This document shows positions 1 to 10,959 of a stretch of DNA of 64,000 nt, piece by piece. The notes beneath the pieces are model-generated. The model was not told where the DNA came from. It made no database searches and worked only from the letters and a program-made list of their open reading frames with translations. How positions within the stretch are numbered: position 1 is the stretch's first letter; each line of letters begins with the position of its first letter. Source of the stretch: Camelus dromedarius (taxonomy: Eukaryota); NCBI RefSeq assembly GCF_036321535.1, contig NC_087437.1:47308001-47372000 (forward strand), given 5' to 3'. The position numbers and the translations under genes were made by a program.

Positions 1-104
1 AGATGTGTGGGTTAAAGAATAAATAGGATTTCAAATTCTGTCAGTCACTTATCTTCTTGGTTAGTCTCCCGGATTCTTAGTCCTGAATGTAGAACCCAAG
101 ATCT

Positions 105-809
105 TAAATAATGTTGCTATTAATAGCAGGGTGTATGTATATTTTTGAGTTAATCCTTATTGTGTGGTTGGCTCTATTCCTTTGATAACTATGTAAGTTT
201 AAGAAGCTAAGCTCTAAACATTCTTAGAAATGATGAACAGTACATATATGTAAATTTAAAATTATATGTGCAGTAAAAAAAAAATGATCTATCAAGCCGT
301 GAAAGACACTGAAGAAACTTAAAAGCCATATTACTAAATGAAAGAAGCCAGTCTGAAAAGGCTACAAACTGTACGATTCTAAACAAATGACATTCTGGAA
401 AAGGCACAGCTACAGAAACAGTAAAAAGATCATGGTTTCCAGGGGTTTGGGGAGAGGGAAGGAGGGAGGAATGAATAGATGGAGCACAAGGAAGTTTTAG
501 GGCAATTAAATTATTCTGTATGATACTATAGTGGTGGCTACATGTCATTACGCATTTCTCAAAGCCCATAGAATGTACAATATCAGTAGTGAACCCTAAT
601 GTAAACTATAGACTTCAGTTGATAATAATGTGCCCATGTTGATTCATCGATTGTACCAAATATGCCACACTGATGAGGGATATTCAGGGTAGGGGAGAAA
701 AATGTGTGGATGGGGAGGGCTATGTGTGAACTCTGTATTTTCTGCTCAATTCTGTTGTGAACCTGAAACTGCTCTAAAAGAATAAAGTTCTATTAAAAAA
801 AAAAAAAAA
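105..809 (+). mobile_element. 5'-truncated daughter copy of the intronic chimeric L1-derived element (3' part, L1MC-like 3' end plus poly(A))
   Basis: Reverse complement of ~26871-27568. ORF 207..569(-) and ORF 27106..27474(+) translate almost identically. AATAAA at 781-786 and an A-tract at 795-809. Confidence 0.9.
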
Positions 810-915
810 GAAGACAACGAAGAAGAAGAAGAAGAGGACTTCAGGATTGATAAGTTGCTGGGAAGAAGGGAAAAGGGAGACAAAAGACGGTGTCCCAACC
901 ACCCAGTGGCATTAC

Positions 916-1018
916 CTCTGCATGTATGAGCGCAGGAGTGTGATTCCCAGCAGGAAGTACATCATGATGGAGCACGCCATCATGGCCAGTCCCAGGAGAA
1001 TGGCCCAGTCCTCTCCTG
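916..1018 (-). pseudogene. KCNMB2: Inverted partial copy of KCNMB2 coding exon 2 (last 103 nt), with its splice donor and intron flank at 829-915
   Basis: Reverse complement matches 26677-26779 with 3 substitutions (CGG>TGG, CTA>CTG, GTG>GCG). The donor CAGAG|GTAATG is retained at 920-910. No acceptor is present. Confidence 0.93.
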
Positions 1019-1107
1019 TGTGAACGCTGTATCTACAGCTCAATTCTGTTGTGAACCTGAAACTGCTCTAAAAGAATAAAGTCTATTAAATTATTAAAAA
1101 AAAAAAA
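1017..1107 (+). mobile_element. Second copy of the element's 3' terminus with poly(A)
   Basis: TGTGTGAAC...GCTCAATTCTGTTGTGAACCTGAAACTGCTCTAAAAGAATAAAG repeats 723-794. A-tract at 1096-1107. Confidence 0.9.
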
Positions 1108-1522
1108 GCTACAAAATGTAGATTTGAGCTCTTTAATCAAACCCTTCCAAGGTATTTATATTATTTATGGAGCTTCCTCAGTAATTGAATCATCACATCA
1201 GGCACTTCCCAGACAACTGTGAAAATTTAGGTTTAAAAGATGACTAAATATCCAGTTTAATATTTCTCAAGAGTCTTTCACTATAGAATCCAAGCAGTTT
1301 GAATAGGTTTTTCTTCAACCTGTATCCATCAAAAAAGAATTACAACTCCTATTGCTGAGGTTTTTTTTTTTTCTTTTATCTTCAAGAACAGGCCGTTCCC
1401 ACTAGGTTAAAACAGGATTTACAATTTAAAATATCTTTTCCTTTGCCTGCTTAGTGCCTTTTCCATTGTGAAAACCTACTTTTACAATTACAGACATTTG
1501 CCTTTTACCCACAGCCTTAAAA

Positions 1523-1576
1523 AAAATTAAAGACCACATTTATAAATGTCTATTGAATATATTTAACTGTGTGAAC
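1523..1576 (+). repeat. 54-bp dispersed direct repeat, copy 1
   Basis: AAAATTAAAGACCACATTTATAAATGTCTATTGAATATATTTAACTGTGTGAAC; 50/54 identical to 2791-2844. Confidence 0.9.
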
Positions 1577-2790
1577 TAAGAAAATCAAAATACACCAAGT
1601 CTCAATACTGGCATATGGCCTAGAATACCTGATAGCTCTTCCAGCTTTAAAATGCCAATATTCAGTGACTACTCTGAATTCTGTCTCAAATCTCTTCAGT
1701 CAGAATAATGGTCTTAATTTGGCATACTAGATATATTAGGATACATAAGTAAATAAACATTTATTTATGAACGTGAATAGCTATATATATATATATAGAT
1801 AAATAGTTGCTAATAATGTCAGATTCATTATTTTAATTAATCCTCACAATAAATTGATAGAAAAAAGGCCAGAAATTGAACTCAGTTTTTTCTACTTCCA
1901 GAGTTCATGTTTTCTCACCACTGTTGCATATGAAAGACATGAACATAAAACAGGGATCTTTGCTCCAATGGCAAAAAGGAAGGGCTGGGTTACTCGATTT
2001 GATGTTGAGAACACTGAGTTGAGGATGCTGGTTTCCTCCAGGAGTAGAATTTTACATATATTATCAGTAGTCAGTTCAGAGCACCTACTGGGAAAGACAA
2101 ATTTGATTATAGTTCACCCAACGACCACCACAGCTGGACAGAGTAGGAACTATGAACCATATTTTCTTGCTTCCCCAAATATCTCCCTCACCAACCTGTC
2201 ATAGCACCTAAAATTCCCATCGTCACAGCTCCCCTAGGGATAGAACAGTGGTTTAACCAGTGGGTTAAAGAAGGGGCTACATGAGGAGGCAGCATGGAGA
2301 GTGGAAGAAATCCTGTGGAAGAGACTGTTGGAATCCTGACAACAAAAACAAGGTTTCTGCCCAAGATGTCCAGCTCTAGAGCAATGCCTGAATCCATAAA
2401 AACCCTTTTCAAAGATCGTTGGAAGGCTTTCACTTCACCTTTCCATTTGGTGCCTACTCTCTCCTCCCTCTACTTTGTTAGATTTCCCATGAGCATTACT
2501 GAATACTGCATTTAAGGAATCAAAAGAATGCAAAATAGAGAGAAATTATATCTAACCAGAGACAAATTAGAAGTCAAGTAAGTCATAGGAACAGACCTTG
2601 ATTGCAATTTTCCAAAGCAGAATAAAATAAAATTTTTCAGATGAAAGGAAACTGAGGGTCATGTCTTTCAATTTCCTCACATTACATCTGAGGAGTAGGG
2701 GGCCAGGAGGCAAAGGGCCTCAGTTAAGAGACTAGTTAATGGCAGTGCTGCTTCAATGGCTCACTCTTTCCTCCACTCTTCTCTCCATTA

Positions 2791-2844
2791 AAAACTAAAG
2801 ACCACATTTATGAATGTCTATTGAATATATTTAATGGTGTGAAC
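2791..2844 (+). repeat. 54-bp dispersed direct repeat, copy 2
   Basis: AAAACTAAAGACCACATTTATGAATGTCTATTGAATATATTTAATGGTGTGAAC. Confidence 0.9.
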
Positions 2845-3084
2845 CTTTATACAGATTCCAATATCTTCTAAATCTAATGTATATTTAACCCATTCCCAAG
2901 AGGTAATAATATACTTAATTCCTACCATGTTGTACTTTTCATATATTAACTCACACATATTATTATATGATGTCATATGTAGCCATATATTAACATAGAT
3001 ATGTATATTAATTTGCATATATTCATGTTATATATATAGTGTACTGATACAATATGACATTCTTACATTCTAGTTTCACAAAGC

Positions 3085-3245
3085 ACACCACATATATTAA
3101 CTCAGTCTTCACAAAAACTTTATGAGAAATACACTATGATTATCATCCTCATTTTGCAGAAGAGAAAACAGAGGTGAAAGAGATATTAGAAACTTACCCA
3201 GGACCACATAGATAACAAGGAACAAAGCCTGACTTGGGACCCACC
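3085..3245 (-). mobile_element. MIR SINE fragment
   Basis: CTCATTTTGCAGAAGAGAAAACAGAGG...AACTTACCCAGGACCACATAG resembles the reverse MIR core. Confidence 0.7.
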
Positions 3246-3454
3246 CATCCATGCTCTTATCATTATGCTTTACTTTCTTGCCCTTTTCTCACTCCTGCCA
3301 TATTCTTCCACCAACTCTCATTTTCCCTCCCTAAGTTTGATATGAGGCAGAATGTGGTACTCAAAGTAGAAATGAGTGAATGTTGCCATCAACACTTAGC
3401 ACCCTTAATGCATTTGATATGGATTGTGGCACTTGGTTTGCCTGGCAAAAATGT

Positions 3455-3645
3455 TCAGGTTGAGAGAACATGGGTTTCGGAGTCGGACAGGCGTGGGTTG
3501 AAATTCTGACTTCACACTTAATAGTTTTGTGACCTTAGACAATTTACCTCCTTTTTTGAACATCCGTTCCCTCGTCTGGTAAATAGAGAGAGATCTCATA
3601 AGGATTACTGTCAGAATCAAATGAAGCAATGCATATAAATGCATT
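3455..3645 (+). mobile_element. MIR SINE
   Basis: GGGTTGAAATTCTGACTTCACACTTAATAGTTTTGTGACCTTAGACAATTTAC resembles the MIR core. Confidence 0.75.
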
Positions 3646-4454
3646 ATTTATACAGATCTAGAGAAGTACCTCATACCTTTATGTTTATTATTGTCATTTC
3701 TAGTTCTATTAAAAGCTCCTGTTATAATTTACCTCCCTTGATTTTCAATTGAAATAAAAGCAAGAGTTAAACCATATTCACCAAGAAGAGATGGATGGTT
3801 TCAGAATAAATCTGTCATTTGTACCAATCTAAAAAGCACATGTAAGTGATGAGCAGGTTTTCTCACACCAGTTGTGTATGTGTGATGCCCAGTAGAGTGA
3901 ATGCTTAACAATTAAACTGGTTTTAAATATGTAGCATGGAGGGAATCAAACTGAAGATCAAATGTGATTATCCACTTGAAAAGCTCAGTAAGAAATGAAT
4001 TATGGAATAGTGGACTAATTAAGACCGTGTAGAAATGTGTTTTCCATTTCTGCATAGAATTAAAAAAAAATTAAACAGAAGGGTTTGATGTATTGGTATG
4101 GCCAATCTGGAAAAAAATTTTTTTTCTCCTATTTCCTCCAAATGGAAAACAGTAGCATTTGCTGAATACCTACTCAATACCATACATTATTTCAAATCAT
4201 CTGCATGGCAATTCTTTATGGTATCTGTTATTACTTCAATTTTCTTGATGAAGAAAATGAGACTCAGGGAAATTTAACAGTGTATTTAGGTTATGTAACT
4301 ACTTCATTGTAGAGCTATGGTAATTATGGAGGGATTTCAACCTGAAACTAGTTTTGAAATTTTTTCAGCTAAGCCCTGAGATCATCATTTCTGATAGCTC
4401 TTATGACTGTAGATGACATGCAAAACTTATTGCATACACACTATGTCTGATCAG

Positions 4455-4600
4455 TCTGTCTCCTTGTCTAGAAAGACCATAAGCTCCATAAAAGAAGGGT
4501 CATACTGGTTGTATTCATCAATCTCTTCCCAATACTCAGGCTCAGTGCCTGCCATAAATTACACCTTCAATAAATATTTGTTGAATGAAGAAATGAATGC
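4455..4600 (+). mobile_element. L2 LINE 3' end
   Basis: Ends in CAATAAATATTTGTTGAATGAAGAAATGAAT, a typical L2 tail. Confidence 0.7.
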
Positions 4601-6189
4601 TGAATTAACTAAAAGAATAAAGTTCAGATCCACGGTCATCCTTTTCATAGGTGGCAACGCGGAGGGTGGGGAGGGCAGGGGAAGGAGTGTTTTGCCTGCA
4701 GTTCTTCAATTACTCAGTGACAGAGTGAAGATTAGAAGCCCAGAGTCTCTGAATTGCTGAACTCAATGAGCCAAGTCACTAGCAGGCTAAAGGACAGCTA
4801 CATTATTTAAGCTGAACTGTGTCCTCCTGAATCTGAAGTCAAACACATGATTACATGGACAATAGTTGGCCCACATGTGTGGCAGAAGTCATAAGTGACT
4901 CCCACACCCATCTTCAGCCAGAGGCATCCATATGTGATCAATCCAGCTACTGAAAAGCAGCCTGCGATAAAAATTCAAATAATCATTCTTTCTTATTTGA
5001 TTCTTCTCAAAGAGGCTACGGTGTTCAGTGGTACACTTCTTTACCTCTCCAAGTGGAGAGCAAATGGAACTATTCACTCTGTCTTCCAGGCAACAAATAG
5101 GGGAGAAAGGTCTTTACATTCCTCTAATGACGCATTGTCAAGAGACTATTCACTAGTACGTCCTAGTGCCCCAAATGATAACATTTAATGGATGGATAGA
5201 GAAACAGGAATCCAGCAAATAAATGGAATAAGCAGCTAGAGAGTGAGGGAGAGAACCAAGAGAGCATTGCCCTGTAAGTCAGCATTGTAAAACATTTTTA
5301 GAAGAAGGAAATAACCAAAAATATCAATTTCAGCAAGCTGAGAGGCTAAATAAGGTGTGGAAAGATAAGAAGCTATTGGGCATACTCACTGGGAATCATA
5401 GCACTCTTAGAAAGAGCAGTTCTGGTATAGTGCAAATGTCAATCTGTTATTCTGACTTCTCCATGAACTATCTCAGAAGCAGAAATGGGTGGCTTGGTGC
5501 CTGCAGCACCGGTAGACCACCTGGCACATTGAAGGCACTTATAAATATTGTCAGACCGACACCCAAATGAATTAATTAAGACAAGGTGTAGTAGTTCATT
5601 TTGGAAGAAAACATCCCAAAGTTATTTAAAACTTCTGTTAATAAGAAGTACCAGTGTTTTCTAAATTAAATCACCAGGTCTAAAATTATCACCATACATT
5701 TGGTTTCTCCCTCCAAAGGCCATGGAGTCAAAACAATTCAATCCCTATGGAGAACATATAATTTGCTGTCTGCAAAAGACAAAGTCTCACACATTAGAAG
5801 ATTTCCTGAATTTCTGTACTTAGAGTGACCTTTTAAGTTGCTGCTGTGATGTCATTAGTGTTACAATTTTACACAAGATTAGACATGTAATAAAGTGTTA
5901 AATAGTTCCACTGGCTCCGGCTTGCTGTTTGATAAAGCAGAGTGCATTCAGAGTATCCCATATGCATAGCTCAAGGCCACTGACACTAGAAAACTGCATC
6001 TACTTTGCTCTTTCCCTGCTTCATATGCCACTTGTCCTCACAGCTATCACTTCAAGGCCTCGGCACTGATAGGAAATGAGAAGCCACTGCACGGAGAGGC
6101 ACTCATAGAACCGTTAGTCTTCAGCTGAAGCTTCTAGAAGCAGAGGGAGTCTCCATAAGAACTCAAATGAAACCAGAGCCTGAGAGTGT

Positions 6190-6350
6190 GTAGCAGGGCA
6201 TCCCATGTTATCTTCACATCAGAATCACCTGGGAAGCTTTTTTAAAAATTCTGACGCCAGGGACCCACCCCGAGAGATTCTCACTGGTCTGGCTTGAGAT
6301 CTAGGCACCAAGATTTTTTAAAATTCTGTCCAATGATTCTAATGTACAGT
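6190..6350. mobile_element. MER5-type hAT-Charlie MITE
   Basis: CATCAGAATCACCTGGGAAGCTTTTTAAAAAT...CCCACCCCGAGAGATTCT...TGATTCTAATGTACAG. Confidence 0.75.
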
Positions 6351-7040
6351 GCATATTCAGGGGTACCACATTTATGCTCCTCTTGCTCAGTTTGGGTATC
6401 AAGGTGAATGAGGAAGTACTTCAGATTTCATTATCTCAATATCTCAGAAAACTGTTTTTCGTCTGCCACTGACCCATAAGGGAAAAAAAAAATCAATAGT
6501 CTCAATGTACAAATACAAAGCAACTTAATTGGATATTTTAACAGAAAGATAAAATCCAATTCATCCACTTTTAAAATTAACAGAGGGGAAAAGAAGTAAA
6601 CTAGTGTTTAGTATGTGCCTTGATTTACTTTAGGTACTTTTGCATCTATTAACTCATTAATCTTCCAAGCAACCCAGAAAGGCAAGTAGTATTAATCCCA
6701 TATTTATAGTTGAGGAAACTATAAAACTATTCCTACCTACATAGTTGAGGCAAACGAGCACACCCCATTGGACTCTCCTGCTCACATTTTCATTAGATCA
6801 TGCTGGCTTTCTACAGAAAACTTCCTGAGTGATAATTTAGCAAGCAGTAGAAACTTTCTGTCCAAGTCAATGAAAGGAACAGAGGGAGCAGGACAATCAA
6901 AGGAAGAAAAGAGAGGATGTGGGGAGTGGGAAGAAGGAACCATATCCCGAGCTAATAAGGAACAATCTGGAAGAAGACAGTGGCTGCACCCAGCAGTCTT
7001 GAGCCATAGCAAAGGAGGCCAGAATCAGTACCCGTGGTCT

Positions 7041-7521
7041 TGTTACCAAGCAAGGGCTTGCTGCCCAAACTGCACAGAAGCCAATACAATAGCACCAGCT
7101 TTTGAGAAAAGAAAGAGCTTTATTGTGAGGTTGATCAGCGAGAAAACACGAGGCAAGGCTCTCAAATCTGTCTCCCAGGTCCAGAGATGGAGTGAAATTT
7201 AAAGGGCTACAGGAATTTCAAACTTGGAAGCTGACTGGCTAGCCTCGAATCAGTCCATATAAACTACTGATGTTCCTGGAAGCCAGATTTTCCTTATTGA
7301 AAGACTTCTCACTTCATAAAGGGCTCCAATGGCAACGTCTCTATTCTTTGAGTTCCGCAGACTAAAGAGTCTTGGTCCAGGATCATCCAAGAGACATGGG
7401 TTTCTGCCTTGTACATGCACAGTGCTGTCTCTGTAAAATAACTCCAGGTTTGATTAATCAACAGCCTGTTTTAAGAAAGCAAAACTAGTTTAAATTGGTC
7501 AATGTTTTACGTGCTGTTTCA
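7041..7521 (-). mobile_element. Solo LTR (ERV1-like), 481 bp
   Basis: TG...CA termini (TGTTACC at 7041, TGTTTCA ending 7521), 4-bp flanks GTCT/GTCA (one mismatch) and a minus-strand AATAAA at 7119-7124. Confidence 0.7.
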
Positions 7522-7559
7522 GTCACGCTTTCCACCAAAAGATATTTAGATGGTCAAGA

Positions 7560-7830
7560 CAGCAAACACAACCAGTATGTCACTGTGTGTCCTGCATTGT
7601 GCAATAAAGGTGCAAAAGACACAGCCCTGCCCTGGAATGCCCATGGCCTAGCAGGGGGGGCAGATTTGCATACAAGCAGGATAAACTATGCCTTGCTTTG
7701 TGAGAGGTGAGTACCAAGAAATGGGAACAGAGCTCAGGAAGCTGTTTGTGTTGGTCAGAGAAGGCTTCACAGAAGAGATGGCACCTGAGATGGCCCTGAA
7801 AACAGAGAAACTCATTTACCCAGCAGGGAA
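7560..7830 (-). mobile_element. L2 fragment
   Basis: GGTCAGAGAAGGCTTCACAGAAGAGATGGCACCTGAG and AAGACACAGCCCTGCCCT motifs. Confidence 0.65.
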
Positions 7831-9504
7831 GGGAGCAGAGGGAAACCATGAACTGAGTCAGGGAAGTAGAAACCTACGGAGGTGTGTGCTTCAGAAATGG
7901 AAAGGAGCCCTTTATAAGTTCTTGAGACAAAAAAATGTTACAATCTCCCTGACTCCTACTTTCATTCAAGGCTGAGATTATATCTTTTAGGGCATCTAGT
8001 TTTCAGACCATACTCATCTGCAATCATATAGTCATGGCTCAGCCAGGTTCACCCCAGTTCCTAGGTCATTAGTGATGGAATTAGATCCAGGTTTCCTCCC
8101 CCTCAGCCCTGTGCATTCACTAACACAGATCTCTTTTTCGTACTAGGATTCCAAATTACAAAGTTTGATAAAGTGCTTTTTTGTCCCTATATCACTTTCC
8201 TAATCACAATTCAAATGAGATGTTTCTTGTCTTATAAAATAAACAGAATTGAGGTAATTACTCAAGAAGTTCAAGAGGGTTGCATTTGAGCTAAGAGAAC
8301 CACCCAACCAGGTACCATTAACATATTCAACGTGTTTCTTTGAAGCCTGAAACTTTTTTTCAATCTCCATAGAACCTTTATACTGTTGTCTTTAAAGCAG
8401 CTACTCCTTTCATTTTAATTAACAACGAACTTAACAGGTTTTAAATAACAGTTTGTGAAAGAAAACTGGGGTGGAGAAACACCAAATCCGCTCTTAGAAT
8501 AAGCTGAGGAGTCATTAAGTCCTTTCAACAAACGTTGGACAGTTAATTAGAATAAATACATCTTTCATCTCTCCCTTTCCATATCATCTTCAAACAACAG
8601 AGCAAGGGTATGATGGTGGAATAATGAGTCTGGAAAGTAGCCTAAGTATATTAATATCACAGCAGCCTCTCTCACTTTGAATGATTTCAAAGCATTTATT
8701 GTATGGACAGTGTGTCTATTAAATGCTGGCTAATTAACCAGTAACAAGATGGGAGCTCAGTAATTTATTGCTTTACCTGAACTTAAAGTGTGTCACTTTT
8801 CTTTGCTCCAACTCAACCCTTGAAGAGTGACCATAGTGATCAGAAGATTCCAATCAGAGTCAATGTTGAAATAGCTTCCTGAAAGTTTAAGCCAATCCTT
8901 TATGAAGTAGTTCATTCAGGTTACATTAAAATCATTTTTATTTCCTGAAGACTGACTAGTTTTAATAACAAATTGAATCCCTACTCGATTTTATCTGTTT
9001 TAAAGATTTTCAAAAGGGAACCTAAATAACTTTAAATATTCCAGATCTAAGTCTTTTAAAGAGCTAGCAGATTCAACTTCTACATATTTCTGAAACTGTC
9101 TAGGGTATCCCTTCAGGTGTATCCCTTCATTCCTGCCATTCATCCCAGGAGACCAAGGGTAGAAGTATGACTTCCTGCATCTCTACTGGTTATCAAACCC
9201 CTACCACCTCCCATGGCCTCTTTTTCCTTCTTTCTCTGATGCTGACCCAAGGGTTATAGAAGGAGAGCCATTCTTGGACCTACTTCCAAAATATATTCTT
9301 CAATTTAATGAGTCACAAAATTTTGGAGCAAAATTTTGGAGAGGGATCTCAGAAGTTATCAATTTCAAACTTTCCATGTTACAGATTAAAAACAACTAAA
9401 CCCTAGAAAAGATAAGTGACTTTCTCAAGGCTAAACAGAAAAAAAAGGGGAGGGGGCCAATAACCAACTACTGACTCTGAGCACCTGCTCTGAGCCCTAG
9501 CTGC

Positions 9505-9655
9505 TTAGTGTTTCCTACAGACCAGCAATATCAGGATCATCGAGAGCTTGTTAGAAATGCAGACCCTTGGGCCCCACCCCAAACTCCTTAAATCAGAATC
9601 TGCATGGTCACAAGATCCCTAGGTAACCATATGCACATTGAGAATCACTGGGCTA
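9505..9655. mobile_element. MER5A-like MITE
   Basis: GAGCTTGTTAGAAATGCAGA...GGCCCCACCCCAAAC...AATCAGAATCTGCAT...TTGAGAATCACTG. Confidence 0.8.
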
Positions 9656-10555
9656 GACTATGTGTCTTTCTCCAGAAAGAATGAGAATTGGGGACATGCA
9701 GACATGGCTCCACATTTTCTTTTTTTTTTTTTTTCACCTTTTGTTAATGTGAGCAAATAGCTCAATCTCCTAGAAGCATCATTTGTAATCTGGAAATCGT
9801 AGCATCATCTACCTTGCAGGGTTTTCATAATATAAGCAGAACACAGATATAGGCATATACATGCCTATGTCTATATAGATATAGGCATTTCATGATATAT
9901 ACATAGATACATAGATAAAATATGCAAATTGCCTACCATGTTGTAGCTAATATAGTATATAATAGTTGATATTATTTCTAATCTCATGTTTACCAGTAAT
10001 AATGTACTCAGCCAAAAAGAAAGCCACAGGTGACTATGTACCCATGAAGAATCACCTTCCTTCCTTTGTTCTATTTGTTACATATCATTTTAGCTTTTAT
10101 ACGTGATTAAGATTCCTATGATATTGCATATTTCTAACTTCAAGATGTAAGAACTAATCCCCAAGCCAAGTCATAACCAAAGGAACACAATATTCCTCTA
10201 TTATCTTGTAGGAACTCTCGGTCCTACAAGCCTAACCTCTAGGAGCCAAAGAACATCTGCTGCTGCTGCACGGTGATATTCTCAGGGACTCAGCAGCCAA
10301 GGGATGAACCCACAGCTGTGGCAATAGAGCGCATTTAAAATATGATCTTTCATCACCAACATGTCACATCTGTCAGCATCAAGGAAAACAGTCTGAAGAG
10401 GAACAGAGAAATAGGAAATAGAATTTTAGTATCCAAACCCAAATCAGAATTTTGAAAAAATATAGAACACTAGGCTGTGCCAAAATTATATTTATAGAGG
10501 AGATGTGTTGGAGGAAATATGATAATAACATCAATTAGAAAACCATGTTTCCCTA

Positions 10556-10710
10556 AGGCAGTGGGTCTCAATCCTAACAGTGCATTAGAAACAACTGAAA
10601 GGCTTTTTAAAAAACTGAATGCACAATTCTGAGGGAGGGACCCAGGTTTCAGTGTTTTTTAAAAGATTCCCAGTTGATTTTAATATGCAACCAGGGTTGA
10701 GAACAACTTC
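10556..10710. mobile_element. MER5-like MITE
   Basis: CAGTGGGTCTCAA ... TTGAGAACAACT terminal inverted motifs. Confidence 0.7.
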
Positions 10711-10836
10711 CCCACAGCAAAAGAAACTTAGTCTTATTTAAATGATCAGTCCTCTGAGAGTTATTGTTTGCTGTTGACACAGAGTCCCCCAAACTTTAAG
10801 TAATGAATCTTTAACTTCAGTATGTACCTCTTCTAG

Positions 10837-10903
10837 GTCTTTTCGCCATTCCTCCAAGACTTCCACCATAAGGAAAGGAGCCTCTGGACCAACATCCTCT
10901 AAG
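10837..10903 (+). other. KCNMB2: 5'UTR part of the first KCNMB2 coding exon (upstream non-coding exon not identified in the window)
   Basis: Acceptor CCTCTTCTAG|GTC at 10836/10837 gives a 123-nt exon. Confidence 0.75.
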
Positions 10904-10959
10904 ATGTTCATATGGACCAGTGGTCGGACCTCTTCAACTTACAGACACGATGAGAAAAG
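10904..10959 (+). CDS. KCNMB2: KCNMB2 coding exon 1 (N-terminal inactivation peptide)
   Basis: ATG at 10904 gives MFIWTSGRTSSTYRHDEK(R), including the FIW inactivation motif. Donor AAAAG|GTAAAT. Confidence 0.97.

Noticed and set aside
207..569. Paralogous 120/122-aa ORFs (207..569 and 27106..27474) that look like a duplicated small gene
   Set aside because: Both are antisense readings of an L1 3'UTR-type sequence. The similarity reflects the DNA duplication, not a protein family.
86..1123. AATGTAGA on both sides of the transduced insert as a possible TSD
   Set aside because: It is only 8 bp and does not abut either junction, so it is compatible with chance.
6768..7202. 144-aa ORF
   Set aside because: It runs from unique intron sequence into an antisense solo LTR, has no ATG-based or splice support and resembles no protein I recognise.
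9104..9341. Small tandem duplications (GTATCCCTTCA x2, CAAAATTTTGGAG x2)
   Set aside because: Ordinary slippage-type micro-duplications.
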